Positions 55,495 to 64,000 of a stretch of DNA of 64,000 nt are shown here, piece after piece. Every line of letters starts with the position of its first letter. Position 1 is the stretch's first letter. Both the position numbers and the translations under genes were made by a program. The notes under the pieces are model-generated. The model ran no database searches, was not told the origin of the DNA, and saw only the letters and a program-made list of their open reading frames with translations. Source of the DNA: an uncultured Gemmatimonadales bacterium (lineage in GTDB: Bacteria > Gemmatimonadota > Gemmatimonadetes > Gemmatimonadales > GWC2-71-9); NCBI GenBank assembly GCA_963739455.1, contig CAVUAK010000001.1, positions 128,001-192,000 on the forward strand. Reading direction: 5' to 3'.

Positions 55495-58247
55495 CTAGCA
55501 CAGAAGCCCGCCTTTCATCCGCCCTGAGCGACCGATACCGCCTCGAGCGCGAGCTCGGCCAGGGCGGCATGGCCACCGTCTACCTGGCGGAAGACCTCAA
55601 GCACGGCCGCAAGGTCGCGATCAAGGTCCTCCATCCGGAGTTGAGCGCTGTTATCGGTGGCGATCGGTTCCTCGCCGAGATCAAGGTCACCGCCAGCCTG
55701 CAGCACCCCCACATCCTCGGCCTCATCGACTCCGGGGCAGTTCCTCTGAACCCTGAACTCTCAACCCCTAACCCTTCTGACGACTCACGACTGCCGACTG
55801 CCGGCTTGCTCTACTACGTCATGCCCTTTGTCGCGGGCGAATCCCTCCGCGCCCGCCTGACTCGCGAGAAGCAGCTCCCCGTTGACGATGCGATCCGTCT
55901 CGCGAAGGAAGTCGCCAACGCGCTCGACTACGCCCACCGCCACGGCGTCGTCCACCGCGACATCAAGCCGGAGAACATCCTGCTCCAGGAAGGCGCCGCC
56001 CTGGTCGCCGACTTCGGCATCGCGTTGGCGGTCCAGCAGGCCGGTGGCAGCCGCATGACCCAGACCGGCATGTCACTCGGTACGCCGGCGTACATGTCGC
56101 CCGAACAGGCAATGGGCGAACGCGAGATCGGCCCCCGCAGCGATGTGTATGCCCTGGGCGCCATGACGTACGAGATGCTCGCCGGCGAGCCCCCCTTCAT
56201 GGGCCCCAACTCCCAGGCCATCGTCGCGAAGGTGCTGACGGAGCAGCCACCGCTGTTGCGCCCCAAGCGTCCGCTGGTTTCTTCCGCCGTCGAAAACGCG
56301 ATCCTGACTGCCTTGCAGAAGTTGCCGGCCGATCGCTACGGCTCGGCGAAGGACTTCGCCGACGCCCTCGACGGAAAGGGCGGCACTTACGCCGCCACGG
56401 TGGCACTCGGTTCCACCCGCCCTACCCGCCCTACCCGCCTTACCCGCCCCGTCATGCTGGCCGCGCTCGCCCTGATCGCCACCGCCGCGGGCGTCGCCGG
56501 CTGGTTCATGCGAGGAGGCCCGCGCGCCTCGCCCGTAAGCCGCTTTTTTCTCTCCTTCCCCCCCGGCCAGGCTCCACGGGGCGAGATGCTCATCACCCAG
56601 GACGGATCGCGCCTCGTCTACGCCGGACCCGGCGACAGTGGCGTGCAGCTCTGGGTGAAGGAGCGCGCCAACAGCATCGCCACGCCGCTCGCCGGCACCA
56701 ACGGCGCGCAGGGACTCGGCCTCTCGCCCGATGGCAGCAAGGTCGCGTTCGTGCAGCACGAGCAGCTCATGTCGATACCGCTGGCAGGGGGACAGGTGTT
56801 CAAGGTCGCCGACAGCGCCTTCGCCACCGGCGCGGCCTGGCTCGACGACGGTACCATCGTGTACACCTCGCTCTCGTTCAACCTGATGCGCGTGAAGGAC
56901 ACGGGAGAGCGGCCGACGGTACTCTGGCACTCGAAGAATTCCAACAAGGCATCGGTGCTTCCGAGGCCGCTGCCGCAGGCGCGCGGCGTCATCTTCACCG
57001 ATTGCAGCTTCAACTGTGATCCCCAAGCCGACCTCTGGGTGTACGACGCGACGTCGGGTGCGACACGACTCCTGGTGCCGGGCGCGATAGGCGGATGGTA
57101 TCTCTCCTCGGGCCACCTCGCCTACGTGAAGCTGGATGGCGAACTGGTTGCTGCTCCCTTCGACGTGGCCAAGTTGGAGTTCAGGGGACCTCCCGTTCAA
57201 CTCATGGACGGGATCGGGCTCCAATTCGTGGTGCCGGTGCTGTCGTTCTCCGACGCTGGCACACTGGTGGCGCAAGTCGGGGCCGCGCGCCGCACCGATA
57301 TCCGGGGCCAGTACGAAATGGTGTGGATCGACCGCGCTGGAACACAGGAACCGGTCGACACCAGCTGGAAGTTCAAGCTCAGCATCTCCAACCTCAACCA
57401 AGGCTGGGCGCTTTCTCCCGACGGCACCCAGCTCGCCATCGGCCTCAATACCAAGTCAGGCGATGACATCTGGATCAAGCGATTGCCGACGGGCCCGCTC
57501 TCGCGCCTCACCTTTGACTCATTGCCCGAACAACGCCCCCACTGGACACCCGATGGCAGGTCCGTCACCTACATCGTCGATGGAACCGGCGGCCTGAAGG
57601 AACGCCGAGCCGATGGGACCGGCAGTGAGAAGGCACTCGTGTCGCCTCGCGTGGAGCAGGTGAACGATGCCGCCTGGTCACACGACGGCAAGTGGCTCGT
57701 GGCCCGGATCGGCGGCCTGAGTGGACTGCGCGGACCTCGCAACATCTACGCATGGCGGCCCGGCGTGGACAGTGGCCCCCTCCCGCTGCTCGCCAATCCG
57801 GCGTACGACGAAGCCGCCATGTCGCTCTCGCCCGATGACCGCTGGATCGCATACGAGTCCGACGAAACCGGGAAGAACGAGGTCTACATTCGACCTTTCC
57901 CCAACGTTGACGACGGCAAGTGGCAGGTCTCGAGCAACGGCGGACAGGCACCCCTCTGGGCGCATGGCGGGAAGGAATTGTTCTACGTCGACGGGAACCG
58001 GAGCATGGTCGCCGTCCCCGTGACCGGGGGCGCCTCCATCACGCTCGGGAGCGCCAAGACGCTCTTTCCGCTCCCGGGGAACATCCTCCTCGCTCCCGAT
58101 GAGCATTACACCCCGTTCGACGTCTCGCCCGACGACCGGCGCTTTATCATGGTGCGCGAGGTCGGTGGAAAGTCCCGCGACGACGTGGCGGTGCTGCTGG
58201 TCGAAAACTGGTTTGCTGATGTGAAGTCGAAGCTCGGTGCGAAATGA
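55491..58247 (+). CDS. Receptor Ser/Thr kinase + TM + beta-propeller (kinase 7)
   Basis: Intact 918-aa ORF with Hanks motifs, TM and SPDG repeats. Confidence 0.93.
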   Translation: MTSTEARLSSALSDRYRLERELGQGGMATVYLAEDLKHGRKVAIKVLHPELSAVIGGDRFLAEIKVTASLQHPHILGLIDSGAVPLNPELSTPNPSDDSRLPTAGLLYYVMPFVAGESLRARLTREKQLPVDDAIRLAKEVANALDYAHRHGVVHRDIKPENILLQEGAALVADFGIALAVQQAGGSRMTQTGMSLGTPAYMSPEQAMGEREIGPRSDVYALGAMTYEMLAGEPPFMGPNSQAIVAKVLTEQPPLLRPKRPLVSSAVENAILTALQKLPADRYGSAKDFADALDGKGGTYAATVALGSTRPTRPTRLTRPVMLAALALIATAAGVAGWFMRGGPRASPVSRFFLSFPPGQAPRGEMLITQDGSRLVYAGPGDSGVQLWVKERANSIATPLAGTNGAQGLGLSPDGSKVAFVQHEQLMSIPLAGGQVFKVADSAFATGAAWLDDGTIVYTSLSFNLMRVKDTGERPTVLWHSKNSNKASVLPRPLPQARGVIFTDCSFNCDPQADLWVYDATSGATRLLVPGAIGGWYLSSGHLAYVKLDGELVAAPFDVAKLEFRGPPVQLMDGIGLQFVVPVLSFSDAGTLVAQVGAARRTDIRGQYEMVWIDRAGTQEPVDTSWKFKLSISNLNQGWALSPDGTQLAIGLNTKSGDDIWIKRLPTGPLSRLTFDSLPEQRPHWTPDGRSVTYIVDGTGGLKERRADGTGSEKALVSPRVEQVNDAAWSHDGKWLVARIGGLSGLRGPRNIYAWRPGVDSGPLPLLANPAYDEAAMSLSPDDRWIAYESDETGKNEVYIRPFPNVDDGKWQVSSNGGQAPLWAHGGKELFYVDGNRSMVAVPVTGGASITLGSAKTLFPLPGNILLAPDEHYTPFDVSPDDRRFIMVREVGGKSRDDVAVLLVENWFADVKSKLGAK

Positions 58248-60913
58248 CCCCCGACCGCCTCGCCAAAGCCCTCGCTGACCGCTATCGTATCATTCGCGAG
58301 CTCGGCCAGGGCGGCATGGCCACCGTCTATCTCGCCGAGGACCTCAAGCACCACCGCCAGGTCGCCATCAAGGTTCTCCGTCCCGAACTCGCCGCTGCAC
58401 TCGGCGCTGATCGCTTCCTCCGCGAAATCGAGACGACGGCCAACCTTCGCCACCCCCACATCCTCCCGTTGTTTGACAGTGGCGCGCTGCCGACTGACGC
58501 ACGACTGCCGACTGCCGACTCACGACTCCTGTTCTACGTCATGCCCTTCGTCGATGGCGAAAGCCTCCGCTCCCGCCTCGACCGCGAAAAGCAGCTCCCC
58601 ATCGATGACGCACTCCAGATCGCTCGCGAAGTCGCCGATGCCCTGAGCTACGCCCACGCTCACGGCGTCATTCATCGCGACATCAAGCCGGAGAACATCC
58701 TCCTCGAGAGCGGGCACGCCGTCGTCGCCGACTTCGGCATCGCCAGGGCCATCAACGCTGCTTCTGGTGACAAGCTGACCGAGACCGGCATGGCCATCGG
58801 CACCGTGACGTACATGAGTCCCGAACAGGCCGCCGGTCAGCAGGACCTCGACGGCCGGAGTGATCTCTACGCCCTCGGTTGCGTGCTTTACGAAATGCTC
58901 GCGGGACAGGCCCCGTTCACCGGGCCCACCGTCGAGAGCATCGTGCACCAGCACCTGGTCGCGAACGCGCCGCCGATCACGCAGCTGCGCCCCGCCGTGC
59001 CGGCCGACGTCGCTGCGGCCCTGCAGCGTGCGCTTGCCAAGACCCCCGCCGATCGTTTCAACCCGGTGGCGCAGTTTGCCAGCGCCCTGCAGCCGCGCAC
59101 CATCGCGGCGACCGCACCGATCACGACGAGTGCTCCCCGCAATCGCGCGCTGCTGATCGGTGCATCGCTCACGGCGCTGGCAGCCCTGGGCTTCCTCGTT
59201 CTTCGCGCGCGGAACGCAGCAGCCAATGCGCTCCCGGTCATCGGCAAGACCATTCAGGTGACGCGCGCCCCCGGGCTCGAGGTTGACCCCGCCCTGTCGC
59301 CCGATGGCGAGAACATCGCCTATGCCGCCGGTCCCCCCACTGCCATGCAGGTCTACGTTCGCCAGGTCACTGGTGGTCGTGAGGTGGCACTCACCAGTGA
59401 CACGACCGGGAATTTCCGCTCGCCTCGCTGGTCGCCCGACGGATCCCAGATCGCGTATCAGTCCAATGACGGCATTTATCTCGTGCCGGCGCTCGGCGGG
59501 GTTCCACGCCGGGTGGCCCGCGCCGACAAGTCCATGCTTTTCCACGGCCAGGAATCAGTGACGCCACTGTCCGGGCTCGACTGGTCGCCCGATGGGTCAC
59601 GGTTGGCCTGGACCGCTGGCTACAACAGCGACGTAGTCACGGTGCTGACGCTCGCGAGCGGCGGGACGGTGACACTCCCCGCGCCCGCCGCAGCCTTCTC
59701 ACCGGCGTGGTCCCCTGATGGTCGCAGCATCGCCGTTTCGTCTGGTGACCCTGCATTCGTCTTCGGTACCGGCTATTTCGGGAACGTCGCCACGTCCTCT
59801 CTCTGGATGGTGCATCTCGACGGAACAGCGCCGACACCGGTAACGGCTGACAGTTCCCTGAATGTGGGGCCCCAGTGGTCACCCGACGGGCGCGCGCTGT
59901 TCTGGGTCTCGGATCGCGAGGGCAGCCGCGACATCTATCGCCAGCGCATCGGTGCGAATGGCGCCGCGCAGGGCACGCCCCAGCGCCTCACCACCGGAAC
60001 CGACGCGCACGGGATCAGTCTGAGCCGGAAGGGCGGACGCATGGCGTATTCCAGGCTCACGACCTACTCCAGCATCTGGTCCATTCCCGTGCCGGCCCGG
60101 GGCCCAGTCTCCATTCGGGGCGCGACGCGCATCACGACCGGGAACGAGACCATCGAGGACGTGGACGTCTCCCCTGATGGCCGCTGGCTGGCTTTTGACT
60201 CCGACCGGGGCGGAAACCCCGACCTGTACATCATGCCCGCGGCTGGTGGCGACGCACGCCAGATCACCACCGATCCAGCCGGCGACTTCAGCCCCACGTG
60301 GTCACCTGACGGACGCAGGATCCTTTTTCACTCACTCCGCAATGGCAGCCGCGACATCTACACCGTAGACACCGACGGCACGGGGCTCACCCGCTGGACC
60401 TCGTCCCCGGACGAGGAACTCGATTCCGGATGGTTCCCGGATGGCGAGACGATCCTGTTCACCGTGTTCGAACCTGGAAGGGCGGGATTCGGCATCCTGC
60501 ACCTGGTGCCCGATGCGAAGGTCAGCTTCCTGCCAGTGACTCAGGGCGACTACGGCATCTCCACGCCTGACGGCAGGGGCATCGTGTATCACGGCGCTGA
60601 CGGGTTGCATCTGTTGAAGGTGGCTGGCGGGGCCGATGCCCTCCTCGTCTCCAACGCCACCGAAAATGCCGAAGTGGTCTACGCAGACTGGTCACCAGAT
60701 GGGTCGACGCTCTACTTCCTGGCCCGGGCTCGGCAGGGCTGGTCGATCAGGTCCATGCCGGCGGCGGGTGGCGCGAGTACCGTACTGGTAGACTTCGACG
60801 ACCCCGCCCGCCAGCATACCAAGTACGGCTTCACCACCGATGGGAAGATCTTCTACTTCACGGTCGGCACACCCGAGAGCGACATCTGGGTCGCCAACCT
60901 GACGAAGCCTTGA
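58244..60913 (+). CDS. Receptor Ser/Thr kinase + TM + PD40 repeats (kinase 8)
   Basis: Intact 889-aa ORF with many PxWSPDG repeats. Confidence 0.93.
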   Translation: MTPDRLAKALADRYRIIRELGQGGMATVYLAEDLKHHRQVAIKVLRPELAAALGADRFLREIETTANLRHPHILPLFDSGALPTDARLPTADSRLLFYVMPFVDGESLRSRLDREKQLPIDDALQIAREVADALSYAHAHGVIHRDIKPENILLESGHAVVADFGIARAINAASGDKLTETGMAIGTVTYMSPEQAAGQQDLDGRSDLYALGCVLYEMLAGQAPFTGPTVESIVHQHLVANAPPITQLRPAVPADVAAALQRALAKTPADRFNPVAQFASALQPRTIAATAPITTSAPRNRALLIGASLTALAALGFLVLRARNAAANALPVIGKTIQVTRAPGLEVDPALSPDGENIAYAAGPPTAMQVYVRQVTGGREVALTSDTTGNFRSPRWSPDGSQIAYQSNDGIYLVPALGGVPRRVARADKSMLFHGQESVTPLSGLDWSPDGSRLAWTAGYNSDVVTVLTLASGGTVTLPAPAAAFSPAWSPDGRSIAVSSGDPAFVFGTGYFGNVATSSLWMVHLDGTAPTPVTADSSLNVGPQWSPDGRALFWVSDREGSRDIYRQRIGANGAAQGTPQRLTTGTDAHGISLSRKGGRMAYSRLTTYSSIWSIPVPARGPVSIRGATRITTGNETIEDVDVSPDGRWLAFDSDRGGNPDLYIMPAAGGDARQITTDPAGDFSPTWSPDGRRILFHSLRNGSRDIYTVDTDGTGLTRWTSSPDEELDSGWFPDGETILFTVFEPGRAGFGILHLVPDAKVSFLPVTQGDYGISTPDGRGIVYHGADGLHLLKVAGGADALLVSNATENAEVVYADWSPDGSTLYFLARARQGWSIRSMPAAGGASTVLVDFDDPARQHTKYGFTTDGKIFYFTVGTPESDIWVANLTKP

Positions 60914-63525
60914 GCAATATCGAAGCGCGCCTCGCCGCATCCCTGTCCGACCGCTACCGCATCGAGCGCGAACTCGGTGCCGGCGGCATGGCCACGGTCT
61001 ACCTCGCCGAGGATCTCAAGCACGGCCGCAAGGTCGCGATCAAGGTGCTCCGCCCTGAACTCTCCGCCGTGATCGGCAGTGAGCGCTTCCTCTCCGAGAT
61101 CAAGACCACGGCCGGCCTCCAGCACCCCCACATTCTGGGACTCATCGATTCCGGGTCAGTTCCTCTGAACTCTGGACCCTCAACTCCTAACCCTTCTGAC
61201 GACTCACGACTGCCGACTGCCGACTTGCTCTACTACGTCATGCCCTTCATCGAGGGCGAGACCCTTCGGGCTCGCCTCGAGCGCGAGAAGCAACTCCCAA
61301 TCGACGACGCCATTCGCCTCACCCGGGAAGTCGCCTCCGCCCTCGAGTTCGCCCACAAGCGCGGCATCGTCCATCGCGACATCAAGCCCGAGAACATCCT
61401 CCTGCAGGACGGCCAGGCCCTCGTCGCCGACTTCGGCATCGCACTCGCCACCAGTCAAGCCGGCTCTCGCATGACCCAGACCGGCATGTCGATCGGCACG
61501 CCCGCCTACATGTCGCCCGAACAGGCCATGGGCGATCGCGACATCGGTCCCCGCAGCGATGTCTACGCACTCGGTGCCCTGGCATACGAGATGCTGACTG
61601 GTGAACCGCCCTTCACCGGCCTCAACTCCCAGTCCATCGTCGCCAAGGTGCTGACAGAGCAACCACCGCAGTTGCGCCTGCGGCGTCCGATGGTTTCCCC
61701 CGCCGTTGAAGCCGCGGTGCTTACCGCTCTTCAAAAGCTCCCCGCCGATCGCTTCGCCAGCGCGAAGGATTTCGCCGACGCCCTTTCAAGTCCTCACGTC
61801 CTCACGCCCTCACGTCATCCTGAGCGCAGCGAAGGACCTCCCCGCCCTCCCCGCCATCCCCGCCTCGGACTCATCGCGGCCATCGCACTCATCTCCACCG
61901 CCGCGGGGTTCGCAGGTTGGTTCATGCTCAGAAGCACGCGCGCAGCGCCCGCCGCGCAAAGCGACCCCCACTCCCGCACCATCGCCGTCCTCCCCTTTCG
62001 CAACATCTCCCAGGACACCGCGCAGCAGTACTTCAGCGCCGGCATGACCGAGGAGATCGCCTCGCAACTCTCGCGCGTCGGTGCACTGCATGTGCTCGGC
62101 AGCTCTGCCACCGCGCAGTATGAGGGAAAGCCCGATCGCCTGCAGCGCATGGGCAGCGAACTGGGTGTTGGAAGCGTCGTGGAAGGGAGCGTGCGCCTGG
62201 CCGGTGACCAGGTGCGCATCGGGGTGGAGCTGACGGACGTGAAGACCGGCCAAAGGCTCTGGTCGGAACAGTATGATCGCAAGATCGACGATGTCTTCGC
62301 CGTGCAGGGCGACGTCGCACGAAACGTCTCGTCCGCCCTTCAGGCCACGCTCACCCCCATGGAAATGGGCCGCGTTGGTCATGTCGCCACCAGCAACACG
62401 GAGGCATACCAGCTCTATCTCCGCGCCCTCTCCGAGAAGCCGTTCCTGCGCGCCGGCAACGTCGCCCAGGCGGCGTTGCTGCGGCAGGCGATCCAGCTTG
62501 ATACCACCTTCGCCTCGGCGTGGGCCATGCTGGCCCGCAACAGGATGTTTCGCGGAGTCGCCGGCGAGCCTTCGTACATCGATTCGGGGTTCGTCGCGGC
62601 ACGAAAGGCCATCGCGCTCGATCCCGATGAGGCCCTCGGATACTTCGCCCTGGGAGATCTCCTGTCCAGCCGGCAGCAGCTCTCCGAGGCGCGTCGCTCG
62701 TACCTCAAGGCACTGGAACTGAATCCTGGCCACTTCGGCGCCATGGCCGATCTCGCCAATGTCTACTGGGCACTGGGTCGTTTCGACGAGGCACTCGACT
62801 GGGCCCTTCGCTCCCAGCAGCTCGACCCCAACCACCCGCACGGGCCGTATCACACCGGGCTGCCGTTGCTGGGCCTGGGCGATGACTCGGCCACGGCCCG
62901 GTATCTCCTCGCCGCGGAGCAGAAGTTCCCGGATCAACCACGGATTCAGGGCCTGCTGGTCTGGTTGGATATGCGACGCGGGCGGAATGCCCCTGCCACC
63001 GAGCGCGCGAAGCAACTCGTGCTGAACGAGCCCGACAACACCGAGGTTCCGCCCATCCGGGCCGAGCTGGCGGTGTTCACCAATGATCCCGACGCGGAAG
63101 GACTCATCGATCCCCTCGCCCGGAAGGACCCCGAGGCCGCCGGCCAGATGTTTCCCGAGTCCCTGCGATCGATGTACGCTCTCACCTTGAAGCGCCAGGG
63201 CAAGCAAGGTGAAGCGTCTGCGCTGTGGGAAGAATCCTCGAAGGCTGCACAGCGGAGGGTCGCCGATGGCCAGGAAGGCTCCAACGCGCCGATGGAGCTC
63301 GCGGCCATCAGCGCCATCGAGGGCCGCACCACCGAAGCACTCGACTGGCTGGAAAAGGGCTACCGCGCCGGCTGGAGGGACGCCGTGCTCCTCGAAATGG
63401 ATCCCTTCTTCGCATCGGTGCGACAGGAACCGCGCTACAAGGCCGTCGTTGCCTCGATCCAGCAGGACTTGAAGGAGATGCACGCTCGCGCCGCGGCGGC
63501 CCATCCCGATATTTTCACTCCATGA
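60910..63525 (+). CDS. Ser/Thr kinase + TM + TolB_N-like + TPR (kinase 9)
   Basis: Intact 871-aa ORF; IAVLPFRNIS..QYFSAGMTEEI; TPR repeats. Confidence 0.93.
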   Translation: MSNIEARLAASLSDRYRIERELGAGGMATVYLAEDLKHGRKVAIKVLRPELSAVIGSERFLSEIKTTAGLQHPHILGLIDSGSVPLNSGPSTPNPSDDSRLPTADLLYYVMPFIEGETLRARLEREKQLPIDDAIRLTREVASALEFAHKRGIVHRDIKPENILLQDGQALVADFGIALATSQAGSRMTQTGMSIGTPAYMSPEQAMGDRDIGPRSDVYALGALAYEMLTGEPPFTGLNSQSIVAKVLTEQPPQLRLRRPMVSPAVEAAVLTALQKLPADRFASAKDFADALSSPHVLTPSRHPERSEGPPRPPRHPRLGLIAAIALISTAAGFAGWFMLRSTRAAPAAQSDPHSRTIAVLPFRNISQDTAQQYFSAGMTEEIASQLSRVGALHVLGSSATAQYEGKPDRLQRMGSELGVGSVVEGSVRLAGDQVRIGVELTDVKTGQRLWSEQYDRKIDDVFAVQGDVARNVSSALQATLTPMEMGRVGHVATSNTEAYQLYLRALSEKPFLRAGNVAQAALLRQAIQLDTTFASAWAMLARNRMFRGVAGEPSYIDSGFVAARKAIALDPDEALGYFALGDLLSSRQQLSEARRSYLKALELNPGHFGAMADLANVYWALGRFDEALDWALRSQQLDPNHPHGPYHTGLPLLGLGDDSATARYLLAAEQKFPDQPRIQGLLVWLDMRRGRNAPATERAKQLVLNEPDNTEVPPIRAELAVFTNDPDAEGLIDPLARKDPEAAGQMFPESLRSMYALTLKRQGKQGEASALWEESSKAAQRRVADGQEGSNAPMELAAISAIEGRTTEALDWLEKGYRAGWRDAVLLEMDPFFASVRQEPRYKAVVASIQQDLKEMHARAAAAHPDIFTP

Positions 63526-64000
63526 ACTTCACTCTCGCCGGTTCCACTGACGTCCTCCGCCGAACCCCATCGGCCCTGACCGCGCTGCTCCACGGCATCG
63601 ACGACGCTTGGGCCCGCGCCAACGAGGGCCCCGACACCTTCAGCCCATTCGACGTGGTTGGTCACTTGATTGATGGGGAAGAAACCGACTGGATCCCCCG
63701 CGCCCTGCTCATCCGCGCACGCGATGACGCCCCCTTTGCGCCTTACGATCGCTTCCGCCATCGCGAACGCAATGTCGGACGCACTCTCGATTCACTGCTG
63801 GAGGAGTTCGCTCGCCTCCGCGCCACGAATCTCGAGCTGCTCCACTCGTGGAATCTCTCCGACGCGGAGCTCGACCTGCGCGGTCTGCACCCCACCTTCG
63901 GCGCCGTCACCCTGCGCCAGCTGCTCGCCACCTGGACCGCCCATGACCTCGGCCACATCGCCCAGGTCGCGCGGGTCATGGCAAAGCACTATCGAGACGA
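63522..64000 (+). CDS. DinB family protein (3' truncated; frameshift near 63570)
   Basis: MNFTLAGSTDVLRRTP, then NEGPDTFSPFDVVGHLIDGEETDWIPR...HPTFGAVTLRQLLATWTAHDLGHIAQ. Confidence 0.85.
   Translation, partial: MNFTLAGSTDVLRRTPSALTALLHGIDDAWARANEGPDTFSPFDVVGHLIDGEETDWIPRALLIRARDDAPFAPYDRFRHRERNVGRTLDSLLEEFARLRATNLELLHSWNLSDAELDLRGLHPTFGAVTLRQLLATWTAHDLGHIAQVARVMAKHYRD

Noticed and set aside
22455..63504. Long antisense ORFs (e.g. 22455-23984, 45829-47451, 51005-52387, 61810-63504)
   Set aside because: Shadow frames opposite well-supported genes in high-GC DNA, with no motifs.
39867..63525. Diversity-generating retroelement, integron or shufflon as the array's diversifier
   Set aside because: No reverse transcriptase, integrase or recombinase in the window, no adenine-specific TR/VR pair, and no attC spacers since the genes overlap.

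Overview
GC-rich bacterial DNA. Gene content and kinase style suggest Gemmatimonadota (inference). Many single-base frameshifts look like unpolished long-read errors. From left to right: (1) an HNH-RecQ helicase fusion cut by the left edge; (2) a minus-strand tsdA-like/soxC/soxD-like/mop sulfur-oxidation cluster; (3) a lone receptor Ser/Thr kinase; (4) mixed accessory genes (EXPERA protein, YcaQ-like glycosylase, sdpRI-like pair, ferritin-like protein, aldehyde dehydrogenase with an AAA-less AcoR-like regulator); (5) a two-component/porin/arylsulfatase/anSME region; (6) from 39.9 kb to the end, a tandem array of eight Hanks-type kinases with two Uma2 nuclease genes and an RHH-PIN toxin-antitoxin pair. 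Most kinase heads are close paralogues carrying divergent beta-propeller or TPR tails. The TA pair heads a chain of seven stop/start-coupled kinase genes. Short tandem repeats and REP-like palindromes sit in-frame at fixed positions in the kinases, and the paralogues look mosaic. This modular receptor-kinase array is the most notable system here. No rRNA, tRNA, CRISPR array or transposase was recognised.
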